DNA from: Takakia lepidozioides
Taxonomy: Eukaryota > Plantae > Bryophyta
Length of the DNA: 64,000 nucleotides
Direction: 5' to 3'
Assembly (NCBI GenBank): GCA_030704615.1
Contig: CM060731.1
Location: forward strand, 74,834,001 to 74,898,000
Of this stretch, positions 11,959 through 22,458 are shown piece by piece. Below the pieces are notes generated by a model. That model searched no databases. It was not told the origin of the DNA and was given only the letters and a program-made list of their open reading frames with translations. The stretch's first letter is position 1; the number at the start of each line of letters is the position of its first letter. Position numbers and translations under genes: made by a program.

Positions 11959-12593
11959 GCTTCCCGTTGAAAGATAATAGCGTCTTCAATGCGCGCGCAT
12001 GTGGCTGCGGCGGGGCCTGCGTGTAGCAGAGGGGTCGGGAAGGGTGGGAGCGCCCCTACCTGTTGGAGGGTCCGTTGCGACTAGGTCTTCTCAATCCGCT
12101 GCTGCGTCTGCCGGGCAAGACTGGGGGCCATAAAACACATAAAATATGTACTGGTAATGCATATAAAACATTAGTTATTTCAATAGTTTGTAGAAAGCAG
12201 TGGGTAGTGTGGTGGTTAAGAGCAACGAATCATAAGCATGAGGTTGAGTGCTCATTTCCTATCAGGTGGTACTATGGCGGTAATGTGTGTTATTAAATAT
12301 GCTTGCATTAAATATATATTTTGTCTGAGTATGCTAGAGGGTCTGTCAGTCCGCTCGAAGGTTGGAATCAGTCTGCTGGAGGGTCTGCCAGTCCGCTGGA
12401 AGGTTAGAGTCGGTCTAATGCAGGGTCTTCCCAGTCCGCTAGAATTCCGCCGCCATAGAAGAATAAGGACTTCGAAAAATTTCAGAATCCGGCGGACCCG
12501 GTGAATGGGCGGTGGGCTTATGAGCTAACCCCATGGGCCATACTAGCGGGGCCATAGGCGCATTGAAGATGCTATTATCTTAAAATGAGAGGC
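11959..12593. mobile_element. Related MITE subfamily in the opposite orientation
   Basis: TIRs aagataatagcgtcttcaatgcgc and gcgcattgaagatgctattatctt. The interior is the reverse complement of much of 10940-11520. Confidence 0.75.
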
Positions 12594-12817
12594 CTCTAAC
12601 ATAGTTTTGTTCCTTTCTTTTGTTGCTCGACACATTCAATATATATATTACACACTTCTAGATATTAATTGTGATAAAAGCATCAAACAGAAATCAATGA
12701 TATGCCCAATTTTCCAAACACTCACAAGTCAAATCTTTGTAGATTTTGTGGTGAGCACGTTTTAATTTATTGCTATGTTACAATAATACATATATACTCA
12801 TCAACCAACTTTATAAT

Positions 12818-12900
12818 TCTAGCGACGACCGAAGGTCGGGAGCTAGTTTAGCGTAAAGCGTGAATAGGGTGCCATAGTGCCACATCATCGTCGCCACGTT
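12818..12900 (+). mobile_element. Putative Helitron2/Helentron-type terminal hairpin region; a diverged copy is at 11712-11800
   Basis: Hairpin tagc..gacc-gaa-ggtc..gcta followed by gaatagggtgccatagtg(c/a)cacatcat.gtcg, present twice. The architecture resembles Helentron/HINE left ends. Confidence 0.4.
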
Positions 12901-12970
12901 TCGTACATCGTCAAAAAAATTATGTCTGCCCGGACTGCCCGAAAATAACCGTGCGAGGTTGCAGCGCGGA

Positions 12971-13290
12971 ACAAGGTTCTTGGGAGAGTCAGTCGTGTTT
13001 CAATCTCTGCCTACTCGAATGCACCGTGGTGGTTCTCATAGATCGATCCGACATTATCTGACTACAGACACAAGCAGCACACACAACAGGTTCTTGCCAG
13101 GCCGTGTTTCAATCTCTGCCTCCTGCTAGTACCATGATTTGGTATTCTTCCTGATGTTTACAAGGTTCTTGCGAGAATCAGCTTGGTCTTGTCGGGCCGT
13201 GTTTCAATCTCTGCCTGCTTAGCTGCACCGTGGTGGTTCTCACAGACTGATCCGACATTACCTGACTACGGACACAAGCAGCACACACAA
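12971..13290 (+). repeat. Tandem ~125-bp duplication (about 12971-13095 and 13161-13290) with a partial third unit
   Basis: caaggttcttg..gtgtttcaatctctgcct..gcaccgtggtggttctca..gatccgacatta..gacacaagcagcacacacaa is repeated. Confidence 0.75.
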
Positions 13291-13365
13291 GAGGTCCTTT
13301 TGGGTTGATGGTCTCCATGGGTCATAACACAACGTCAAGGACAATGTGGTGAGGGCACCGTCTCC

Positions 13366-15258
13366 TTCGACTGCCATCACGTGTTTACTTGATACTTTTA
13401 AGTGCTGCAATAACTTTTATATTTCCGGTTTGTTGTTTATTGTTTTCACGTCGTCTATTATGTTGTTGAAGTCTTCTGAACGGATATTGTTAAGGATTAG
13501 TGCTTCACTTTGAAATGCTGATCTCGACACTGTTAATTTTGCGCCCAGACATATTTGTCTACGTTGCATTAGATTGAACATGAAGAATGGAAATAAGTGG
13601 TGTTTCGAAAAGTCGTGATGGATATCAGTCAGACTCATCAAATACTCAACGTAAGCATCCAAAGTTACTTTAATTGGACGGTTTTTCATTTCGGTTACGC
13701 CGATTCCAAACGGAAATAACGTTGAAAACATGCACACGATCAGTTTTGGGTTTGCGTGGTTTCATGCGTGTATGAAAGGTACATATTTTGTTGTAGTTGC
13801 AATCCATTTAAAGCGTTGGAGATTAGATCGTCGTGCTTTATGTCTATTCCGTCAAAATCGATGAGTCCAGAGGTGTTTATGACGGGCTGGATCGTATCGT
13901 CGTCTTCGTCGATTGATGTTTTTTTGTTGTGCAAATCCATTATGTTGGTACGATGGTCAGCGTTAGCGAAGTCAATATCTGTGGATTCAAACACCGATCT
14001 CAAGATTGATGGTGGAATATCGTTCTCTGGTAGTCCATCCAATATGTCGTTATCAATTTGAATGTCCTTGTAACCCATGTAATTGTTTTTCAACCATGTT
14101 AACCATGTTGTCACTGCAAGTCTACGTACGTATAACAAATTACATGTTTTCACAACGTTAACGAGTGGATGTGAAGTGCCGACAAAGTGGACGGCGACAA
14201 TATCGGATAATGAATCTAAGGGTTGTGGCAATTTGTTCAACAATTCGACCGCACAACCTGAATTTTGAGCAAAACTCACCAAATTTCCTCTCAATGCGCG
14301 TTGTCCATTTCCGCCCTTGTTTACATATCATAATTTGAACAACATCACACGACAACGGTATCTTGTTATTAACGCTTCTTCAACCATGGTTAACTTTGGC
14401 AAAATATTGTGAACTTTTCCGATCCATAAACCGTTAGCGGTTGATGTGTCTCTGCTGCAAACACAACAATACATATTGGTGAAAGTCTCATTACTAATGT
14501 ATTTGTTGAAGTTGGATAAACAAAACAAGTTGTTCTCCAGACATATTTTTGGTGGGAATTCATGATCGTTCTTCGGCTTCTTCGCAAGAGTGCTATACAT
14601 TTGTTCTCGTTTTCTTTTGAGTTTTTCCTTCTATTCATTTTCGTTTGTAATATATTTCTGAATTTGTGCAGCACATATTTTATCTTTGATCAATGAATCT
14701 TGGTTTTTTTGGAATGCATATTTTGTCCTTCGTTTAGCATTTGTTTTGTCTGGATCTATTTCCGTGATTTCTGGTGGATGTTCGAATCTGTATTTTTCCC
14801 GTCATTTAGTATTTGTTTCGTCTGGATCAGAACTAGGTTGAAATTCTATTTCCGTGGTTTGTGGTGAATGTTCCAATCTGTATTTTTCCCTTCGTTTAGC
14901 ATTTGTTTCGTCTGGATCAGGAGTGGGTTGAAATTCTATTTCCGTGGTTGGGTAGTGGATGTTCAAATCTGTATTTTCCCCTTCGTTTAGCATTTGTTTC
15001 GTTTGGATCTATTTCCGTGGTTTGTGGTGGATGTTCAAATCTATATTTTTCCCTTCGTATAGCATTTGTTTTGTCTGTATCTATTTCCGTGGTTTGTGGT
15101 GGATGTTCAAATCTGTATTTTTCCCTTCGTTTGACATTTGTTTTGTCTGGATCCGGAGTCGGTTGAGATTTACATCTTTTCCGTCGCTCATCATTTAGTT
15201 TCTCTTTATTTAAAGCATACTTTTCTCCGTCTCTTAGCATTAGCAAAAAAAATTTCAT
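13366..15258 (-). pseudogene. Helitron2/Helentron-like RepHel, block 1 (N-terminal repeats, DUF6570-like and Helitron_like_N regions)
   Basis: ANGLWIG..LPKLTMVEEALI..RGNLVSFAQN..LYVRR..V..WL.WLK.N..Y; FSTLFPFGIG; HHLFPFFMFNLMQRR. Contains frameshifts and stops. Confidence 0.8.
14725..15170 (-). repeat. Coding tandem repeat, ~6 units of 72 or 90 bp (DPDKTNAKRREKYRFEHPPQTTEI)
   Basis: cttcgtttagcatttgt-type starts at about 14728, 14801, 14890, 14981, 15053 and 15125. Confidence 0.85.
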
Positions 15259-16679
15259 TTTAATTTGGAGTTATACACTCTGGAAATATATTTCACAAAT
15301 AAGTAATTGTATTTTCAGTGGACATGAGCCTTTTGATAAGATAAATAATGACTGTATAGGTCTATATGAAATTTTAACGGAAATAATTGTTTTTAATAAA
15401 AACTCATTTGTCTTGATAAAAACAATTGTTTCTGATAAAAATCATTCGGCTTGATAAAAACCAATCTTTGAAAAAAATCATTTGTCTTGATAATGGTAAC
15501 GATAATGATGATGATGTTGATATTGATAATGATCTTGATAAAAGTGATAGTGATAAAATTGATTTTGATATTGATATAATCAGTCTTGACACCTTTCACA
15601 GTGGCACGTTCAGCGGACGATTTGCTGCCTGAACCATCACCCCACCCCACAACCATAAGTTTCCACTCATGACATTTAATATCAGAAAATTCTAAAAAAT
15701 GTACTACTGCCACTGCTCATCTGTCAGTCCCAAGTATTATGTGACCAAGCTTCTTTTCCTCTTCAGCTACTCTCTCGCGCCCTGGAAAATGAAACCAAAC
15801 AAATCTTAACGTCTTTACTTTCTGGAGTACACTGCAGAGTGTAAACACATAATTTCTATTTCAATAATGAATAAAAGGACGAGGAAGGAATCAAGATTGT
15901 GGTTGAAATGTGATAATACTGTCAGTCCCAAGTATTATGAAGGTTTTGGAAAGGATTAGAGGTTGAACCTGGTCATCAATGTCATTCACGTACAGATTCA
16001 TTTGCTCTTTTTAATGTATTATGCCACATGGAATGCTCCCTTAGGCTTTATATTGTTGTTCCCAAGGTCCAGACTAGTTATTTTTCCTGCAATGGAGGAG
16101 CGGGTGCTGGTTAATCCATGAAATCCTCCTTCCGCACTGACTTTTGAAGGAAACACACATCCTGACAGAGTTCCTTCAGTTGCTCATCATAAAATCACCT
16201 TTAGGTGCATCCATCTGTATAGAGGGCTGCATGAACCATGACGTTGTGTGATCGAGTGCAACAAAATTGTGTCATTCATTAAAAGCATTACTGACTACTT
16301 TATAAGACTGTTTGTGTCTCTACAATTGATGCGTATCACTTGCTAATGGTGCAAAAAATTCACACCTGGCATGGACATTGTTCACAAGTGGGTTATCTAG
16401 ACATACTTTGCCTTATGTCTCTTCTTGGCTCTCCTCCTACCCTCTCTCTTCCAACCATCCTTCAAGCTACACTCAGTTGGGGAAATCTGTGGTCAATGTC
16501 GTAAATATGAGAGGGAAAGCAGTACACAAATTGCGTGATTTGATTGAACAATAGATATTCAACAACTCGTGAAACGATCACAACATACCCTTATGAGCCA
16601 ACAATCCAGTCACTAATTCAACAGTTAAATCAGACTCTGCCGATCTCCTTCCACCCAAATGGGACAGATGGAGCTTTAA

Positions 16680-18075
16680 CTATACATGTTGAGACCTTTG
16701 CATGCTCGATGCTCCCACATTTGGCGTACATGTCCACCAGGGTATTGTTCAGGATCACATCTGGTACGATTCCAGCTCTGACGATGTCGCCATGCAGGTC
16801 TCTTTGCCCTTCCCTTTTCCAGGGCTGCCAGGCTTGCACGCGCACACAAACATGATGTGGTCGGGCTTGACCCCTTCCCCCATCATTTGCTCATAGGTCT
16901 CCAAAGCATTCATACCACACCCATGCTTGGTAAATCCTGCCAACATTATATTCCATGTGATCAAAGATCGTTGAGGCATTCTGTTGAACACGTGGTGAAC
17001 ATCCATGATGCTCCGCACTTAACATACATGTTGACAAGGGTGCCGAGGAGAAAAACATTTGGCGTGAATCCACTTTGGATAATGTGAGTGTGCACCTGCT
17101 TTCCAGCTTCCAGGCCTTTCACCTTTATGCACTTATGCAAGAGACAAACATACGTTTCTGAATCTGCTGAAATGCCTCCTTGGTTTAAAGTCTGTAGAGC
17201 CTCTTTCAGTCTGCCTGCCTCACAAAGCATCTTCACATGCCCAGAAGTGCCAGAAGAGGCATTGTGGACTCCCTCTCTTGATCCTCTTCTAGAGGCTGTG
17301 GTCATGGTTGAGGTGCCTGATTTTATCAACTGTGCCACTGCAGCTGCTGCCTTTAGTTGACCATCTACCCATGCAGGTTTTTTGTAGCTATTGATCCACA
17401 GGGAATCATAGGTAATCTTGTGCTTGAAATTTGGCCCTCTTGGATGATTATGTACATACGCTCTACCCCTGCTTTGGCATACATGTCCACCAGGGTATTG
17501 TTCAGGATCACATCTGGTATGATTCCAGCTCTGACGATTTCGTCGTACACCTCTTTGCTCTTTTCCAGGGCTGCCAGGCTTGCACATGTATTGCAAACGC
17601 ACACACACGTGATGCGGTTGGGCTTCACCCTTTCGCACATCATTTGCTCATATGTCTCCAAAGCCTCCATCCCGCGCCCTTGCTGTGCATATCCTGCGAG
17701 CGTCGCACTCCATGACACCACAGCTCATTCCGCCATATTGTCGAACACTCCCTTTGCATGCTCGATGCTCCCACATTTGGCATACATGTCCACCAGGGTA
17801 TTGTTCAGGATCACATCTGGTACGATTCCAGCTCTGACGATGTCGCCATGCACCTGAAATGCCAGAAGAGGCATTGTGGACTCCCTCTCTTGATCCTCTT
17901 CCAGAGGCTGTGGTCATGGTTGAGGTGCCTGATTTTATCAATTGTGCCGCTGCAGCTGTTGCCTTTAGTTGACCATCTACCCATGCAGGTTTCTTGTAGC
18001 TATTGATCCATAGGGAATCATAGGTAATCTTGTGCTTGAAATCTGGCCCTCTTGGATGCTTCTGTACACACACTC
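16680..18075 (-). pseudogene. Shuffled fragments of a PLS-class pentatricopeptide repeat gene
   Basis: PPR motifs (YVCLLHKC..LEAGKQVH..II.SG..PNVFL..LVNMYVKCG; VSW.A..AGYAQQG.G.EAL..YEQM; NTLVDMYAKCGSIEHA), internal duplications and frameshifts. Confidence 0.85.
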
Positions 18076-19325
18076 TACCCCTGCTCCTTCAGCTATCCAT
18101 GCCTCTGCACAAATCATGCATTTATCCTTGCCTTGCTGCTAACAACAGACAATGACAGCCTAGATTTGTTCTAGGAAACACCCAACTCAGCTTATCACAC
18201 TAGTTCCTATGCTCATTGCGTCTGCTACTCTCTGTAATCCAACAGGCATTCACCTTTCTCCGATGAGAAACATAAGTCCTCGCCATCGAACACGAGGTCA
18301 AGTGGATGTCGTACCTAGCGGAGGGTTTATTGGACGAGGAGGAAGTGCAGCCTTCTAATCCTTTCTTTTAGTGTTCCAGCCAGCAACCCGTGGAACAAGC
18401 TGATTGCAGGTAGCGGTTTCGTCTACTGGTTTCTTGAATCAAGTTTACAAAGACGATTCGGTTGGTTGCGTATGTCATGTCACTAGTCTTGTTTTGCTAT
18501 GTATCTGAGGATAAGCTGCAAAATGAACTCAACTGAGCACCTGGGACCTCATCAAGGGACTTCCACGAATTTACCGAGGTTAAGCGGAGATACAACTTAG
18601 TTCATTCTCTATGTGACAGTGACAATGACAACCTAGATTTGTTCTAGGAAACACCCAACTCAGCGTTCCTATGCTCATTGCGTCTGCTACTCTCTGTAAT
18701 CCAACAGACATCCACCTTTTTGCCTCGATTGTCCCACCATTGACTGTGGTCAGAAAGTATTCTTTCCACATCTTCTCCTCGTCTCTCTTACCTGTTTCTG
18801 GATACTTTGGCAGTATCATGTCAAAGTCACTCAAACTATCAAAGGTTCACTCAAACAGCTAACTTGCAGAATTCAACATGAAAATTTAAGGCCAGTTCTG
18901 ATAAGAGGGAACCCACACTCCATCCCTGCTCCTTCAGCTATCCATGCCTCTGCACAAATCATGCATACATCCTTGCCTTGTTGCTAGCAACATACAATGA
19001 CAGCCTAGAATTCTTCCAGCAAACACTCCAACCATACTTATCAGACTAGTTTATGCTGACTTGCATCTGCTTCCAACAGGCATTCACCTTTTTGTCTCCA
19101 TTGTCCCACAATTGACTGGCTTCGGAGAAATGTTCATTCCAAAGCTTCTCCTCGTCTCTCTTATTTGTTTTTGGATACTCTCATGCTGCCACATTGGCAC
19201 TAACTTGTCAAATTCATTCCAAACCACCACACATCCACTGCAACATATGGCAAATGAAATGCTATAACTTGGGCGCAGACACTATATTCAATATGCAAAT
19301 TTAGGGCCGAGTCTGATAAGAGCGC
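18075..19325. repeat. Patchwork of diverged duplicated blocks (18075-18260, 18625-18910, 18915-19325)
   Basis: Shared words such as ccctgctccttcagctatccatgcctctgcacaaatcatgca, ttcctatgctcattgcgtctgctactctctgtaatccaacag and ctgataagag. Confidence 0.7.
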
Positions 19326-19332
19326 AAAACAG

Positions 19333-20684
19333 GTTGAAAGCAGTTGCGCAACACAAAGGAACGAAATATTCAGCATGATGCAACGGAACACCAAGCTTAT
19401 TCTTCACTTTGAATCCAGCATTCGTACATCATCCTTTGGTGTCCCTGCTAAGTGGAAACGACATCGATCTTGACATTTTTTTCGACGTCAACCTCCCAGA
19501 CCACAATGAAAGGCGTGCAATTGCCACTATGAATCCGAGATCCCAAGCTAAATTTGTACACATCATGGTCAATGCAGTTTTTAAATACCTCATGCGTGTC
19601 AGAGATACTGCCAAAACTACCACAACAAATACAGGAGTACTTGGAAACATAAACGTTTATTACGGTTGTTACGAAACGGCGAAAAATGGTTCACTTCACC
19701 TACACACATTGCTATGGCTAGAAAATGCCCCAGATCCAAACGACCTCGTACAAAAACTGAAAGACGATAAAGAATTCAAACGCAAAATGTTGGCATATTT
19801 GGACAACATCATAGTAGGTGACTTGGTCCAATTCAAATCCGAAATACCAGTCGACGACAATATTCCACCCACTATAATTGACCCCAACAACGAAGAAAAT
19901 AATGTAAACACCGAAATCCATTCTTGTACTATTGGGTCTCCCGATGTTCACTCTAAAAAATTTCATGCTGACTTTACGCTTGACGTTTCAAAACTGTTGA
20001 ATGTATGCAATCGCCACATTTGCAACCCCGCGTGCTACAAAACCAACAAAGATGTTTTTAAAAAGAATTGTAGATACGGATTTTTCGCTGTCTTAGTTGA
20101 AGAAACGCATTTCGACGACGAAACCGGACTACTGCATATAAAACGAACCGACAGATGGTTGAACAACGCAAATCCATGGATGTTAGTATCAGAAAGATGC
20201 AACCACGATTTGAGATTCATCGGTGCTTCAGGGAAAGACGCAAAGGCTCTTATATACTACATCACGGATTACATCACAAAATCTTCCGTCTACACATCAC
20301 ACATGTATTCGCTCTTGCAAATAGTCGTAAAAAAGATCAAAACGACTTATGACGATCTATATTCTGAACATTCAGTTGAGAAAAGTCGCAAATTATTGAT
20401 CCGATGTTTAAACACGATCGGATCGCAACAAGAGATCTCGGCGACAAGGGCAGTCAGTTACCTTATGAAATATCCAGACCATTTGACAGACCACTAGTTT
20501 GCATATCTACCGTGGTATAGTTTATCGGCATGGATTCGCGAACGAGAACAATCTCAATCAAACGAAGATGGAAGCAACGATCTGAACAGCACACCTGACG
20601 ATAACAACCCCAAAAACACTTTTGAAACGTTCAAAGTCGAAAGATCCAAGCAGAATGACAAGTTGATTATGTATAATTTCCGCT
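19333..20684 (+). pseudogene. Helitron RepHel, block 2 (HUH Rep nuclease domain)
   Basis: Motif 1 PSLFFTLNP, motif 2 YETAKNGSLHLHTLLW and motif 3 YYITDYITK; also NRHIC...CYK and CNHDLRFI. Confidence 0.88.
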
Positions 20685-21869
20685 CACGGAATTTTCCGCT
20701 CACGGATTCTACTCACGGTTTAGCAATCCCCAAGTTCTGGCTCTTCCCTCTAGAGACAAACTGCTCCTTAGGGCCAAAATAGGTTCATGTTGTTCTACTA
20801 TAACACTTGCAATGCAAAGTTAACCTCCCCAGTAGTCATGACCTGCAATGCACATGGTCTATATCAAACAGTCGAGTGACTATTGAGTGACTATGTTAAC
20901 GAGGGTGTTTACTCCATGAAAAGCGAGCCTTTCCCTCCTCTGCATAAGCTGCTACTTGACAAGTGCAAGATGGTTGAAGGGACTCAGTACACAGACTGCC
21001 TTCAACTTCGTGCAGGGAGGACAGGGCCCCTTCATCGCAACAAAGCCATATACTGCTTGTACAATATTGACTTCAGACCACACGCAACCATAAAATGTCC
21101 CTCTTTAGCCCAGTTTTATATTTGAAAATTAAAGTTGAAGTAGATCAAGAATCTAAGAATCTTGTAGCTCTCCACGACCAAAGACTGGGCTTTGGATCTT
21201 GGAATGTCGTTCAGAGTCATCGGTTTTGCTCGAAGAACCGACATCTTGGAAGTCTGGTGAGCCCCACATCACGCAAGGATACAATGGAACATAGACAGTG
21301 TGATAAGAAACAAGGCAGTGCTAACGAAGGTACCTTCTTCAACCCATTTAAGCCTGGTTTTCCCCGTTATTAGAGTCGTCCCTAACAAATCATGAATACT
21401 TGCTGCTAGCAGATGACACTGATGGCGTGAAGTTCTTCCAGCAAGCACCCCAACCCCTATTACTACAGTAGTTCCAATTCTAAATTGCATCTGCTTGTCT
21501 TTGTAGTCCAACGGGTTTGTCTCCATTGTCCAGCCATTGACTAGGGTCGGATTGGAGGTTAGTTCGGCAATTTTCACACCAAAACCTGAATCTTGTTTCT
21601 GGAATCGCTATGCTTGATAATCGCACAGTAAGTAAGCAGCTCTAGGGTCGAAGCCTTTCGCTAGTCCCGCAAATCAGTCTCTCTCTCTCCCCCCGCGTTC
21701 AGTTCTCTCTCTTCTTGTGCTTCACTATTCCCCCTCCCCACGTGTTCACTACTCTCTCTCTCTCCCCGCGTGTTCACTACTTTCTAGACAGATTCGTTTT
21801 TATTATTTAGGCACCTCACCTAGGTGATTTCCAAATATTAGGCATGTATAACAATCGACCCTTGGATAA

Positions 21870-22065
21870 AAAAGAAAAAGAAGTATGACGCCTCCCGAAG
21901 GAAACGTAACTTATGGAGTCACTTCACCCCGAAGGGCTACTGCCTTCCGCTAGGAAGGTGGACACCTTCATGACACACCAGACCGTGGTTTGAACCCACA
22001 ACCATATCCAACGTGGTATGTGCCCATTACCACTAGGCTACATGCTGGTTGTCAATAGTCAAAAG
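21870..22065 (-). mobile_element. tRNA-derived SINE, same family as 10154-10337
   Basis: Minus-strand A-box tagcctagtgg and B-box ggttcaaacc. 15-bp TSD tcgacccttggataa at 21855-21869 and 22066-22080. Confidence 0.88.
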
Positions 22066-22458
22066 TCGACCCTTGGATAATAATGAACAGTTATTTTTTA
22101 CCTCCCTAAAAAAAAATTATTAAAAAAATGTAATGGTTTTGAAAATAAAACTTGCCTCAACAATTGTTTCTGACCTCCCTCAAAAACTATTATGTAGTTG
22201 CATCAATGTAAGCCTTTTGGAAGTTGTGTGGACATGAAATTCTAAATGGTAGGCATTTTTTTTCCATTTTTTGAACTTTAAGAAATATAATTTAGGCATT
22301 GTTCCACATATTTGGAAATTTTGGTATTTTTCACAATTTTTGATCTACTAGGCACTTCTCAAGATAGTTTTCCAAGTTTTAGGCACATTTTCCAAAAATG
22401 TTCTAAACCCTCCAAAGCACCCCGACACTGAGGTGGAAAGAAAAAAACAAACGTCACG

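Noticed and set aside
14725-15170. Regularly spaced repeats resembling a CRISPR array
   Set aside because: Whole units repeat with no unique spacers, they encode a peptide repeat within the Helitron ORF, and the context is eukaryotic with no cas genes.
21780-21830. Canonical Helitron 3' end (hairpin plus CTAG) on the minus strand
   Set aside because: The hairpin is short and the CTAG is followed by A rather than T. There is not enough evidence to call a terminus.
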